From positions 76,074,001 to 76,138,000 of the forward strand of contig NC_043007.1 in assembly GCF_006345805.1 (NCBI RefSeq): DNA of 64,000 nt. The letters are read 5' to 3'. A program made the translations under genes and the position numbers. Under the pieces are notes generated by a model. It was not told the origin of the DNA, ran no database searches, and saw only the letters and a program-made list of their open reading frames with translations. This document shows positions 25,089 to 38,857 of this stretch, one piece after another. How positions within the stretch are numbered: the first letter of the stretch is position 1; each line of letters starts with the position of its first letter. This stretch comes from Octopus sinensis (lineage: Eukaryota).

Positions 25089-25215
25089 CATTGGTATCTC
25101 TCATCTCCTCTTCTCGATTCCTCATGTATGCAAAATCATCAACAATTGATTTGGACAAGTCTTCCAGCCGCCGTAGTTCAAGTTCCAGAGGTTTTAAGTT
25201 TTCAGCTTTTGCAAG
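25089..25215 (-). CDS. TMED10: TMED10 coding exon 4: [42 protein letters not shown]
   Basis: AG acceptor 25216-25217, GTAAAG donor; 127 nt; coiled-coil region near-identical to p24delta. Confidence 0.97.
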
Positions 25216-26129
25216 CTTTTAAATACAGTAAATATTTCAAGATTAGCAAAATTCATAAATGTTAGATAGAAATTGGTAGTCAGACAAAGATTTCATCAGA
25301 GCATAGGATAAGGATGGCAACCTAGCACAAAATTAAATTTAGACCTAGAATTGTTATTGTGTCCATTTTAGTGTACATTGTATGCTTCCTGTTTATGTGC
25401 AGTATCATTCTGAACTACATTAACACAGCATGGAAAATGTTTTTTAAATGAGTACACAAACATATATTTATTTATAATTTAAAATAAAGCTATTGAAACT
25501 TAAGTGATATCCAATAAGTTCTCAGCACCAAGGCATAGGTAGGACAGAATTTGTAGAGGCCAGGTGCTCTTCTTGTCACCAACCCCCACCTGTTTCTACA
25601 TAATGTAATACACTCCCATGACCAGAGATATTGTCATGTTTTTGTGTGTGTGCATATATATATATATATATATACACATACAAGTTTCTTTCAGTTGCTA
25701 TCAAATTCACTAAGGCTTTGGCCAGTCCAGGGCTATAACAGTAGACTCTTGTACAAGATGCCACAAAGTGAACTCAACTCGAAACCAAGTTTCTTACTGT
25801 ACAACCAGGAGGCCTAATAAGACGAAAGCAATGCTTGCCAAAGATCAGACTCACTCCCACAGTATGCTTACATTCAGTTTTCACTCTTTTCTATTTAATT
25901 TTGACTTATATTCAAATATAAATTATTCTGTCACAAGCAATTCAGTAATTTTGACTTGAATTTGCTTCCTTGAACTACAGGTGTTACACATATGAATGTA
26001 TGTCAGCTGAATGTAGGCTCTTTTACAAAAGTGTAGCATGTTTTACTGACAAACAGCAACTCCTGTAGCTTCAGTTCTGCCTTGAACATTTAATCCAACT
26101 AAAAGTAGAATTGTTCTAATTTAGAAGTG

Positions 26130-26505
26130 TTAGTATCCACTGACTGGCTCCCGTACTGGTGACATGTAAAAAGCACCACCCGAACGTGGCTGATGCCAGT
26201 ACCACATAAAAAGCACCATCCAAATGTGGCTGATGCCATTATCCCTCCCCTGACTGGCCCCCATGCCGGTGGCACGTAAAAAGCACTATCCAAATGTGAT
26301 CAATGCCAGGCCTGCCTGACTGGCTCCTGTACCAGTGACACATAAAAAGCACCTGCCTCACTCTAGGAGTGGTTGGTATTAGGAAGGGCATCCAGCTGTA
26401 GAAACATTGCCAGATCAGATTGGAGCCTAGTGCAGCCACTGGATCTCCAGACCTCAGTCAAACCGTCCAACCCATGCCACTATGGAAAACAGATGTTAAA
26501 GATGA
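26130..26505 (+). mobile_element. SINE family 1 (TMED10 intron 3)
   Basis: Tandem units followed by the aggaagggcatccagctgtagaaac...gtccaacccatgcc module. Confidence 0.8.
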
Positions 26506-27723
26506 TAATCTACATGTCTAAGGACACAAAGAGTTTATACCAAAACCCCTTGTCAATTATATTTATAAGACATTTAACATTGAAAATAAATTACAAAGTT
26601 TCAAAATAACTGGCCATTCAGAGAATTCAAAATGTGAGAGAAAGGTATTCAATAAAGAACCACTGATCAGCTGGAGCAACTTAATAAAAAAATTCCTTCA
26701 TCATGATTAACCCCTGAACATGACTTTCTTAAATCCTAGAGTTCATAGGGCTAGTTTCCCTGGCATATAAGTGACCAAGATCACAACACTTCTCCTGAAT
26801 AGGATACCAGTCCATTGCTGGGTTAATTATTTACAGCTGAGTGAACTGGAGCAATATGCGTTTTGCTTGAGAACACAAAACATTGCTCAGTCCAACAATC
26901 AAACTATGACTGTGTGAGAAACACCATGTTCTTAATGAAATGAATGAAAAGCATTAATGTGGCTAGCATGTTTAGAGCATGTCACATTCTTTTGCAAGAT
27001 AAGGGCTGAAAATTAACAGGCTCTGTTGCTGCTTTACTAGAGAGTTTTCAGCAACTAAATATAATAGGAGTAAAAATACATTTCCTGTGTATGGTACTTT
27101 CCCTCAAATCTTATGTTAATAAATTGGTAAAAATGCAATTAAAATATCAAAATAATGAGGAATATCAGGCAAAATGGAATATGATGGCAGACTACAAGTG
27201 GAATTGACAGTATTTAATATTGTCTATGAAAGAAAAGGAAATTTACTCCCTAAATCACTTGCATTTGCTTTGTGCTTCAACTGCTGCAGACATTTGTAGA
27301 CTTTATATTAATATTGGTGGAGAGATGGCTGCATAGTTAAAAAGTTTGCTTCACAACCATGTGGGTTTATTTATAGTCGACTGACGTCTCAGGAGGAGCA
27401 ATGCCTTGTGATTGAAATTTGGTAGATGGAAACTCTACAAAATGCTACCATGTATGTGTATATGCATGTGTGCATACACACACACACGCATGCATGTAGC
27501 TACATATATGCATGTGAACCCATCTCTGCCTGTCATCATGCTGATATTGCTTGGCAGCAGTGAAGATGGTTAGTGGAATAATGTACCCTATTTAAAAACA
27601 AATAAGGTCACCCAAATGTACAATACTTCCATAAGGTAAAAACAATAAGATGATTACAATTGACATCTCATAAAACAGTTATATGTGCTCTAAGAAAAAA
27701 AAAAAATTAAAATCAGCCTGTAC

Positions 27724-27794
27724 CTCATCATAGCTTCTAGCTTCAATGCCATGCTTCATTATCAAAGAAACTTCCCGATCAGCACCATGACCAC
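27724..27794 (-). CDS. TMED10: TMED10 coding exon 3: (G)GHGADREVSLIMKHGIEARSYDE
   Basis: tttcag acceptor 27795-27796, GTACAG donor; 71 nt; phases fit exons 2 and 4. Not in the ORF track. Confidence 0.93.
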
Positions 27795-27838
27795 CTGAAA
27801 CAATTACGAAAGAAAAAATAAAATGGGATTACATTTAA

Positions 27839-28053
27839 CCCTTTAACACCCAGACTACTCTAACAAATGGAAAGCTTATTCATTTATATTGTTCAGAATT
27901 AATCAGCATTATTTTGTAGCTTTGAGATTTAGATAATGTGATTATTTTTAGAATGATATTGTAGAGTAGGTGTGAAAGGCCAGATCTGACTAGTTTGAAC
28001 ATAAAATAGGTAGAATATGTGGGATGGATATGGCTAGTTTAATTGCTAAAGGA
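27839..28053. mobile_element. piggyBac-type MITE (TTAA-flanked)
   Basis: TTAA|CCCTTTAACA...TGCTAAAGGA|TTAA; homologous copies at 34469-34661 and ~43582-43800. Confidence 0.7.
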
Positions 28054-28206
28054 TTAATCCCATTAAGATGCACACAAATCCAGATGCAGATGTACAAACA
28101 GGTAAAAAATTGATTTCTAATATACTTTTATTATAAATATTCAAAGTGCTATTGCTGTTCTTTTGGCTCTTTGTCAGTCACAAAGCAACACTAGCTATAT
28201 ATGTGT

Positions 28207-28582
28207 GGAGGCGCAATGGCCCAGTGGTTAGGGCAGTGGACTCGCAGTCGTAGAATCGCCATTTCAATTCCCAGGCTAAGTTTTGTGAGTGTTTATTGAA
28301 TGAAAACACCTAAACTCCACGAGCCTCTGGCAGGGGTGGTGGCAAACCATGCTGCACACTTTCACCACAACTTTCTCTTACTCTTTCTTCCTGTTTCTGT
28401 TGAAACTCTATTTCCAAGGGCCAGCCTTGACGCATTCTGTGTCATGCTGAATCTCCCTGAGAACTACATTAAGGGTATGTGTGTCTGTGGAATGCTCAGC
28501 CACTTGCACGTTAATTTCAAGAACAGGCCGTTCCGTTGATTGGATCAACTGGAACCCACGTCGTCGTAACCGACAGAGTGCC
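28207..28582 (+). mobile_element. SINE family 3 (tRNA-derived head), full length
   Basis: ggaggcgcaatggcccagtggttagggcag (A-box) ... atttcaattcccagg (B-box-like); body shared with 40900-41040, 59500-59660 and 59975-60300. Confidence 0.8.
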
Positions 28583-28799
28583 ATGATGTGTATGTAGCCA
28601 GTGTTGCATTGGCACAACACAATATCTGCTGCTACTACAACTGTTAGCTTGGGTATGTTGGAGAGCTATTGGGTTGAGTCATAAACAATTTCCAATTGTG
28701 TTAAAAGCCTTTACTCATGAAACAATTTTACAGAGAATTACTTTCAGTTATCAGTGTAGTTGCCATTTTGATTCACTTGAGTAAAATTCTGCTGGCTTC

Positions 28800-29500
28800 A
28801 ACATGAAAAAGCTTTCCACATATGGTTTTATCTGATCTTCATGAGAAAAATTTTTCCTCATCAGAGCATTTTGTAGAGAGAAAAAAAAAAATGATAGAAA
28901 TAGTTGGTGCAAGGTCTGGTGAATATGGTGAATGGGTTAGAGCAGACCAGCCCCAAAATCAATATTTTATCCTGCATAATTCTTGTTGAATGTGGTCTTG
29001 CATTATCATGGAAAAGTACAATGTTTCTTCTATTCATGAGTGCAAGGTGTTTTTTAAAAAGATCTTTATTTGGCATTTAGTGTTTGATTGCAGTTTAAAA
29101 ACTTAAAATGAATAATACTATGGTAATCCCATCATACACACAACATAACCTTCATTCTTTTGAGCTCAGCCTTTGATAGGTTGTGGAGCTTTATCCTTGT
29201 TGATCCACTGCCTTTTGTGTTGAACATTGTCTTGACTATCACTAATTGTCTTAAAGCTCTTGCTTGAAGTATGATCAGCACCCTCGTCTGAGTTGATCTC
29301 TCAATGACATATCTTCAGAACAAAACTTTGAAAACCAATTTTGCACTTGCTAGCCACTCATGACACTTTTGTTATAAAACTGCATATTTTCTTAGCTGCT
29401 TCTGTAGTATTTTTTTTTTCCATTCTTAAACTCTAACATCATATGTTGAGTATGCCCTTTCAATTCACCCATCTTAGGTGAGTGAAATTTAATATTAAAC
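28800..29500 (-). mobile_element. Mariner transposase remnant
   Basis: IVLFHDNARPHS catalytic motif plus a frameshifted HSPYSPDLAPT segment. Confidence 0.7.
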
Positions 29501-30411
29501 TACGATGTGCACACTTTCAGTGCTTAGATATGAATAACAGATGAGGCTAACTGATTCCCATCTTTTTTCTTTCTACAAAATGCTCTGAAATAGGAAAAAA
29601 TTTGAAATACACCATTACAATTTACTTCCAAAAAAATGGAAATTACTTATGACTCAATCCAGGATTTAGTTCGAAGCTGGAAAAGATTCTTCAAGAGGTA
29701 CTAAATTTATTGACTACATTTTCTTTTTGGCTTTGTTCCTGTTTTTAAATAATAATCAAAGGATGCAAGCAAACACTAAATTTTTCCATCAGATGAAGAA
29801 GATCTCTTGATTCAATCATGAAGAATAGTGGTATCGACAATATTGCAGCTTGTATAAAAAAAAATAATTTTCATTTGGATTCCAGCCGAGAAATAGTAAT
29901 GTGGCTACTAATACAGTGTTTATTTTGGTTCTGTTCTGGAAGAAGTGGTATACTGTGTGTATCTGCTTTGTTGAATTATTTTGTGTCTAATGTATTTTTT
30001 GTTAATACCATTCTTATATTGCTTTAATACACTAGTCTCTTTATAAAATGATTAACAGTTTAATAAGCAGAACATCAAGTTGTTCTATTCAGATACTGGT
30101 TTAGAATTATCACCTGGAGTATTTCTCTCAATCAGATTAGTGCCACTAGTCATACACCTATAACTAACTTTGGTTATTCTCGGTACTTTTGACCACCGAA
30201 TAGATAGCAAGAAGTATGTAATGTGCTTATTGCTAAGTCAAATTTTATAATATATACCTGATGTTTCATAGAATGGAAAGCTAACTAGCAACAAAGTAAA
30301 ACAAACTCAAACAAAGAGAGACATATGCATAGTCATTTCTAAGAGTATATTTCATTATGTAATGCTTAACAAAATGAAATATTAAAAATACACAAGTTTC
30401 TAAGTACTTAC

Positions 30412-30532
30412 CTCCTATCATTTTATTATCAAAGCAAATTTCAAATACATCATATTCTTCTGTTGTGAAAGCAAATTTTCCTTTTTTTGCATCTTGTTTA
30501 GAATATAATATATGTCCTTTTGAATCTGTAAC
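30412..30532 (-). CDS. TMED10: TMED10 coding exon 2: VTDSKGHILYSKQDAKKGKFAFTTEEYDVFEICFDNKMIG
   Basis: tttaag acceptor 30533-30534, GTAAGT donor; 121 nt; GOLD domain. Confidence 0.97.
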
Positions 30533-30746
30533 CTTAAAAATATAAGAGTTGGTTATCATACATGTATAATTATGATGCAGATAAAACATGCAGCTCATAC
30601 CAAGTGGGCAATATATTTGGATAATGATAAAGTAATTCAGCCATTATCTAAACATTTAACATTTATGTTTTTATCTCTTTTGTCAAAGCTGTCTATTGTG
30701 ATAAAAGTTTTGGTTATAATAAGAAAGAGCAACAACTTATAAAATA

Positions 30747-31800
30747 CTAGCCTAAGTACCAAGCGTTGCTCGGAAGTTTAAAGAATGTGAAAGGAAATAA
30801 ATATAATTATTCTGATAAAAAAATATATTTTCAGAAAAATTCTATCAGATGACATGAGTATAAACAGTCATTAAAACAAATCTGGAAATCAATCACAATT
30901 TAATTTTGTAGAACTTCTAAATATACAATGTTTTCAATGTGTCCTTTAATTGGGGGTACAAATAAAAAGAGTTTTGGGACTTTCAATTTGTGAATATCCT
31001 AAACATAAGTGTCTAGGAGTTAAGTCTAACAACCTTGAGAGATTGTCCTTGAGATTTGTTTATCGACATAGCAAAACTTAGTTTCACTGGGAACTGGAGC
31101 CATTTAAATTGAAAAGGGGGGGGTCAGATGGGATTAACGGGATCCATGGAATGAAGACATCCTCACCCTTATATTTCCCACTGATTATTGCTGCTTCTAG
31201 GACATGAGGTTGCATCACTTTCACCATCAGTCTGGTGCCATTGCACAGGCAAGGTGGATGCAAAGGGCCCCCTTTTTAAGTGTTGTGCAATGGCATCCCA
31301 GACGGCTGTAGAGTGTTCAGGAACTCAGTTGTAAAAAACAACAGCTTGGTCCTGGTGAATGACAGTGTCGATGGATTTGAAATACTGTTCTTGTCCTGGC
31401 AACAGCTGCAAGAGATCCCAGTTGATTTTGTTGACATAATGTGGAGCTAAGATGGCTCGCTCACATAGCCATTGTTGCTAGAGTTTGTGCAATGTTTGGA
31501 AACACATGCATTTTGAGATCATTGACAGTTGGTACCATCTCACCACAGGGTAGCTTGTATTGCTGTTGCAATTCTCCATATACATGATAGCAAAATGTGT
31601 ATCAAATGAAATTAAAATCCTGCTTCAGAGACAGTTCGATGAAGTTAGTAAAGTTTTAACGCTTTTGGTAACAACATATTCTATCTTGTAATCAAATATT
31701 GAAAAAGAGAACATGCCACCCTCTCTTGTGCAAGAGAAATGAAGTTAGCTTGGCTTTTGTAGGGTGCATGACATCACTTGTAACCCTTTCCAATGTCTAA
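30747..31800 (-). mobile_element. Helitron remnant with intact 3' end and PIF1-like helicase fragment (TMED10 intron 1)
   Basis: Minus strand: WLCERAILAP, EFLNTLQPSGMP, LCNGTRLMVK, FPVKLSFAMSINKSQGQSL; terminal hairpin CCGAGC-AAC-GCTTGG (30759-30773) followed by CTAG|T (30747-30750). Confidence 0.85.
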
Positions 31801-32224
31801 TATGTACATGTATGACCTTTAAACCTTCATGGAGGGAGTATTCTTTCATTACAAACAGGATAGTTGTCAAACTCGATCATATGGGATCATATGATTTTTC
31901 GTGAATTTCTGTAAAATTTTTTTATTTCTTTACTCTTTGGAAGGCAACTTACACACACATGTCCATCTTTCACTTTCTCCTCTCACTTCAAAGCAAATGT
32001 CCTCCCTTTCAATTTCTGCTCTTGAGGTAATGAAAGAATACCATGGAGGGTGATTAATAGGAAGGTTAAGAGGGATGGTTAGACGGGTGGGGGAGAGTTT
32101 TCTTAACCCTCCCCCTTTACCCAGTGGTATAATTGGGAAAGGTATAGAAAGGCCTCCCATCTCTGGGATGGGAGGAATCACCCCCTCCACTGTCAGCTAG
32201 GATGTAATGTTACTTATCACCATA

Positions 32225-32525
32225 CAATATTTTAAAATCTCAATCCAAGTATAACTACTCACATCTGATTTAAAATAGAAATATCCAGTGTTAATAAGTT
32301 GAGTTGCTCCAAGAATATTAAAAATAGGTAATGTAAGTTATCAGCATATAATATTTTTCAATCCATATCCAAGAACAAGTATTCACATCGGATTTAAATG
32401 TGAAATATAAGGCAAGTTGTTTCAAAAATATCCATAATATGTATTGGAAGTTTATCAAGATATAGCATTTTCTAATCCCTATCCAAGTAGAAATAGTCAC
32501 ATCGGATTTAAATATGAAGTATCGA
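32225..32525. repeat. Three diverged ~115-bp tandem units
   Basis: atccaag...cacatc(t/g)gatttaaa recurs at ~32245, ~32365 and ~32480. Confidence 0.6.
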
Positions 32526-34468
32526 GTGTACTCCAGCTAATCTTATTAGGTCCATTCCATGAACAATTATTTGAATAACTCATGTCAATATCTCTAAATT
32601 TTAAAATTTATTAAGTTTATCGTATAAATTGAAAGATATCCTTCAATGTATATACATCATAAGAATCAATTGTCATCATAATTATTTACATCATAAAAAT
32701 CAATTGTCAAGGGTTATATGTTGGTACAGACTTTATATAGACCATTACAGTTTTAAATAAGTTCCACTAATCACTTAATTCCTTCTTCAAAGCCAATTTC
32801 TTACAGAAGTGAGAGACATGGAAAAAAGTTTATAATATGGTCAGATACGTAATCTGCTCTATAAACCCTTGTCAGTGCAACTCTTACTAGCTATGTTTTA
32901 GTCAATGTTTTAGTCAGCTTGTTTGATGATTTTTTTAATACCTAACCCCATCTCATTGATGCTCAAGATATTTCCTAATTTAAGTTAGAAAGCAAATGAA
33001 TAAAAGAAAAAGAAAAAAAAAAGGAAGGGAACGATTATTGCATACATGCTGCATGGACTTTCAAAGCAGCATGGTAGTTCCAACAACTCTCAAAGGCAGC
33101 AACAATTCTACACATTAATACTATCTGAAGAATTTCATTAACATTGTTATTCTTTAAACTAAAAATATGACAATCCTTAACATAGTTAAGGATAAAATCA
33201 TCTGGTTTTAATTATTATGGTAGATATTTTGCCATGTTTCTATATGTAAGACATTTCAAAATATCTGCAACCAGCTGGCAGCCAAGCCAAGAGATCCAAC
33301 TAAAGATGTAATGCCATGACAAAGTCAACTATAAATTCTTACAAATACTTTCCTATAAAAATAGGAAAAGCATTTCACAAATTAAGTGAAATTGGGAAAG
33401 TGAAAGTCTACAAACATCACAAGGAAAGATAACATTAACTGGACTGGCAACAAAAAAAAAATCTCTGGAAGGTATTTAAGCCATTATGACCAGGTTAAGT
33501 GGAAATAAGGAAGGAAAATGAACATAAATGAATCAAGTCTCAACAACATTTATGTTTTTAGTTCAGTACTGACTTTCCATCAACATATTTTGGGTAGAGG
33601 AAACAACTATTTAAGCCCTAGTTCAAATTAACTGACAGAGACCCTTGATGGTTAGAGATCGATGCTATTGAAGTTGAGGCTGAACTTCAGAATGTTGATA
33701 TTGAGATTATAAATGTGAACATTAGAGAGAGTTTCAGTTACAAGATGGCAGGATTTAAGATGTAGGTTGCAGGATAAGATACTATATTGACACCAAAATA
33801 AAGAGAAACAAGTGCATCAGGTGTGTTTGCTTCATAGCGTGTCAATTAAGGAGCAGGAACCATTTTAAAAAGAGCAATAGAGACAGAGAAAGTGAGTTAT
33901 ATGTTCTAGCAGGTTCTATGCTCCATTCGCAACTATAGCAAAGGTATAATAGTATGATGAGTGAACACTTTATTATACATTACCTCAGCTTTCAAGGAGA
34001 TTAGGAATTAGATTATCAGAAATTTGTTATAAATCAGCATCATATCCAGTGAAGATTTATCCTTTATTCTCTTTATAACAGAAAACAAAGTAAGCAGTGG
34101 CCCCTTGAGATTTAACCACAAAGTAGCAATTGAATTTGATAGTTAAATGGATATGTTAATTTGTTGAGCGTCCTCATTTAAATTTTGGGTTACTATAACA
34201 GGATATAACCTCACCAAAAATTTAGTGATGGCTGCTTACTAAAAATGAAAAAAAATTATTCTAGATCTAGTCATTTGCTTAATGGTACAAAGTTGACAGC
34301 ACAACAATACAGTATGGGTTATGAATAAAAATGTACTCATATCAATAAACAGTCTCACTGATAAATTGTTAAATAAGAAGAAAACCAATCAATTTGATTT
34401 TTATCCCATGCTGCAAAAAAACCCCTCAGGGCCAAATTTCCCTGCACAATGAAATCATCATAATTTAA

Positions 34469-34661
34469 CCCTTACTCTGTCAAATGTAGTACTTATTTAT
34501 TCATATTGTTTTCAATTAATCATGCAGCATTATCTCATAGCCTCAAGATTTCAGTGATGTGATTGTTTAATTTTAGATGAGATGTGAGAGCCTGGATTTG
34601 GTTTGAAGACAAAACTGGAAGAATATTTAGGTTAGAAATGGCTAGTTTAAATGCTAAAGAG
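34469..34661. mobile_element. piggyBac-type MITE
   Basis: TTAA|CCCTTAC...TGCTAAAGAG|TTAA; homologous to 27839-28053. Confidence 0.65.
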
Positions 34662-35889
34662 TTAATGCTTGCTTTTCGCATTGACATGGGTTGGGCAGTT
34701 CAACAAGATCCACAGGCCAGAGGAACATGTCTTATTTGCAAGACAAAAGAGTTCCCATAACTAAGAGAGTGTTAGTGGAATGATTAGTAGAAACAATATT
34801 GGGAAAAGAGTAAATAGGAGGGAAATAGTATCAAGAGTTAAGTGGGTTGAGTAGGAAGAGATTCAGGGATACTCAATATTATATATGGATGACTAGTGGT
34901 GGACGGAGTAAAATAAAGATGGTGATGAAGAGCCAGAGAGTACCATCAAGGTAATATGTCCTAGAAGATGAAGAGTTAAAAGTAGTGACAAAAGAATCAA
35001 GGGTAGGTAAAGAGTGTAAGAGAGTGAGTGATAGATTGAAATAAGCATGGAGGTAGTCAAACATAAACAGGAATAGAAAGTAGAGAATGGTGTACAGGAG
35101 TTGGATGGCTATGGTGTTGATAAGAATGAGTGTCATTAGGAGGTGGTCAAGGGAGAGGAGTGATAACTGGCAGTACAGAAAGGATGTTGATATATCTAAT
35201 AATGGTTTCTGCATTCATTAATTACAACAATGGAATAATGCAGTACACAGGAGATTGGTGAGTGATAGGAAGATGAGGTAAAATGAAATACATATGGAGA
35301 TGGCTGTCAATGTATTTATTCATTAACTCTAGTAATTATCGAACCTGATTGTTTTATCACCTTAGGTTGTAGGCTTAAAACTGCCCAGTTAAACAACACT
35401 ATGTGTACTTGTGGGGAGGGATGTCTTTGCTAGAGTTTACAGATCTTGTTAAATTTCTTCCAATCACACAAAGTATTTCAAATTTACACAAGATTATTTA
35501 AAAAAAAAAAAAAAAACGTAGTTTTGTGCACTGATGATGAAAATTGCATTAAGTTCAAGAAAAAGAAAATGTAATTTTTGTTATCAGAAAATTTTGAAAA
35601 AATCTGGTGAAAATTTAAAATACATCATGCGACTGGAAAAAATTTAACAAGATCTGAGTTAACTCTATTGCAAGTATTTGGACGGGACTCCCCACTCCCT
35701 ACTCATGCTTTCCATAGCCCTCTTGAATCTGCATTAGAAGAGCTTCATTCATTTTATATATCTAAATTGCTGATTTATCATCATCATCCGGCAGTGCTTA
35801 TTGCATGGATTACCATGACTTATTCTTTCCAGTCTGCTCTGTCCGCCGTTGCACATGGTAGGTCTTCTTGGGTGCACTCGGAGTTTTCA

Positions 35890-36360
35890 CATAGTTGTTT
35901 TATGTAGATTCGATGTAGTCTACCAACATGTGTAATTATACTTCAGCTCCTCAAAAAGAACGTTGCAGATGATCTCGTCTTTTGCTCTCCAGCAATGTCT
36001 AGCAAATCTTGTTCTTTCTCTGATGATGTGTGATACTGGTAGTATCACCAGTTGTTGCCAGATGTCAAGAGCAGATCGAAGCATTCTTCTATAAGTTTCG
36101 GTTTTCTTTTCAAGACCCTTTGTTAGAGTAGATGTTACACATCCATATAACAAAACTGACTGCATAACTGCCTGAAAGAAATTACGTTTCAAATTTAATG
36201 GAAGCTTAGGTTTCCAGAGCATTGATAATTTAAAGCTGCTTGGACTTTGCTGATTCGGACTGCAATTTTACTTCCAAGTTATGTGAATTCATAAACATAT
36301 TTTAAGGATTGCTGCTCTGGCTGTACATCAAACATTCGGTCTTGCCCCAGTTGGTGAATA
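35890..36360 (-). mobile_element. RTE/RTE-X-like LINE RT C-terminal remnant
   Basis: LWKPKLPLNLKRNFFQAVMQSVLLYGC...YRRMLRSAL...RFARHCWRAKDEII. Confidence 0.7.
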
Positions 36361-37703
36361 ATTGTATGAAAAACTATAGCTATTTCTCTATTGTGCTTAA
36401 ATCATTTTGAACTCATGATATCCCAACTCAATGTACACGGATGGCACTAAATACGACGAAGTATTTATACTTGCAATTTAACGTTGTACAAAAAAATTAC
36501 TTCATTTTATATACATATATACAGTCGCTAGTAATAAATGTCTCCCGATTTCAAGATCAATTTTGTTTATTCAAGAAGAATTTAACGCACCTATGTCAGA
36601 AAAAGAAAACTAGAAGCATCTTATCGGTGGTCGACACTGAACGTATTCTCACCAACGTTATGAAACGGAAACATCAGCTGTTGCTTTATATAAGTGTCCA
36701 CGTCAGCAAAAAGCACGTTTTACACACCTGTCAGGATTATCTTATTCGCTATGCTAAAAGACTTTGTGTATTAGGGCATTTTGAATCGTTATTTAAAAGG
36801 TGAGCATTAATAAATTTACGAGAAATGGGACTCAATAAGTTGTTAATATTTTCACAAGAAATGAATCTAAAGTAAAAGCAGTTTATGAAAACTGTCATAT
36901 GAGTGTTTATGGGGGTGGGTTAATATGAAATAAACATAATAGTTATCTCCCGTTGTATTTCAAAGCTCTGACAAAATTACAAAAAAAAAAAAAAAAAAAA
37001 ACCCCTAGGAAACTGACAGAAATACAAAATAATTCTGAAGAATAACTTTTACTTTTTACCTTATGACTGTCTGACTCAGGACTATATCAAGTTAATGCAA
37101 CCTACTAGAAGTCAATTAGTGACGTGTTAATATTGATTTCTAAAAAACAGTATTAGGGTTTCATAAGTTATTGCAGGTTGTTTCGCCCCACGTCAACCCT
37201 GATAGAATAGATCAATGAATCACACATTCCAGCTGTGTTCATCTCCTCTTTTTATGTGCGGTGCGGAGAAACCAGATCCACATAATCTAATATATCCTTT
37301 CATAGACGGTCGAGTTTAATGAGAGATTTAGCTGCTATTTCTAGCAGATTGAGAACCACGTAAAGACTCCCGCGTTAGCTGAATGCTATCAGATATTCTA
37401 TGAAGCATAACATTCATAACTTTTTCCCCAAAATTTGAAACAGTTTCAACTAGGTATCGACTTCTGTAATGTCCACATCCAGGCAATTATCACAAATATA
37501 TCAACTAAAACTGAAAATGATTACCATTCATAAATAACATTTCTAACTATGGCATAAGATCGGGGGACGCAATCAAGCTGAATGTCTTAGGGGAAAGAAC
37601 TCAGAATTTAATGAGACATGACTAAATATCAAATATCACAATAAATTTGGTCCGGTACTCTTCCGATTCTACTATATACTTAATAAAAAGTATTTTTACA
37701 TAT

Positions 37704-37735
<32 letters not shown>

Positions 37736-38674
37736 ATATATACACACACACACTTATTCAAATTTTTATTGGATACAAGATACTTATCGAAAGAGTAGCT
37801 TTCAAAATTCCAAATCTATTGTTAATGATAAATTTATTTTATACAGACGAAGTAAAACAATATCAAAAAGAACTTTTGGGCAATATTTTATAAAGGAAAA
37901 CAATGTTTAATGTGGAAATTATCTATGAAAAATTACTCACAGATGCTATCCACCCGAAGAATAACAGTTAAGTTAGTACCAAGACACTTTGTGCATTGAG
38001 GAAAAAAATTAGATTAATAAATGATACTAGTACAGTGATAAGAAAATAGTGTTTTCCTCTGGGTTTAGCAAGTACGGGCGACAACTCCGAATATGTTTCG
38101 ATATTGTTTGATCAGTTTTATAGGTAGTTGTCAATATGTCTGAGACGAAATAAGATATTGGTTACTTACAAAGAAAACACAACTAAAGTCGATCTTTTAA
38201 GCAAGTACAATCATTTTATAAATGTCCAAATACGGATACTTTACTATATTTCTACTGTCAATAATTAAACGATTTCCTGTTTTGTGAACATTCAGAGGTG
38301 TTAACGTAACTGGATACAAAAATATATTTGTAGACTTCTAAAATATTAACTTAACATTTCAAAATAAAAAAAGGAATATAGTTTAAAACTCGAAAGAAAA
38401 CTAAAAAAAATGTTAGAAGGATAAAGCAGTGAGTCGTCGGAAATAATGTTAAAGATGAACATCAGAGAAAGCATGGAGATCAATGTAAATTAAGTTTAAG
38501 TGTCTCAAGTGAAGGCGAATGAGAAAAGACGATAGATAAATAAACCAGATAGTATTTAAAAATATTAAAGGAATGTTAAAGGAATATTACGAGATGATAA
38601 ATTACATAGAAAATAATTTCATATGTTTTTATTGAAGAAATAAAATTAGCAGAGAAATTGAAAACATGTCTTAC

Positions 38675-38857
38675 TGCCAAATTTGTTTTCTGTCCGGGTG
38701 CATCTGACAGCTCATATTCTCCAGTTACCAATAAATCCTTGTGAATTTCTTCTCGAAGACATTTTTTCTGGTTTGCTGGTAGATGAAACATTAAGCTGTA
38801 TACATCTGGAACAAGTAACATAAGCAGAAATGCAAAGAGATACGAATAAAACTCCAT
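38675..38857 (-). CDS. TMED10: TMED10 coding exon 1: signal peptide and GOLD start ([61 protein letters not shown])
   Basis: ATG at 38857, GTAAGA donor after 38675; [17 protein letters not shown] p24delta signature. The five exons sum to 624 nt, i.e. 207 aa plus stop. Confidence 0.97.

Noticed and set aside
28207-28285. tRNA-like heads (also 45164-45235 and other SINE copies)
   Set aside because: A/B boxes continue into SINE bodies and there is no complete cloverleaf or acceptor stem, so these are not tRNA genes.
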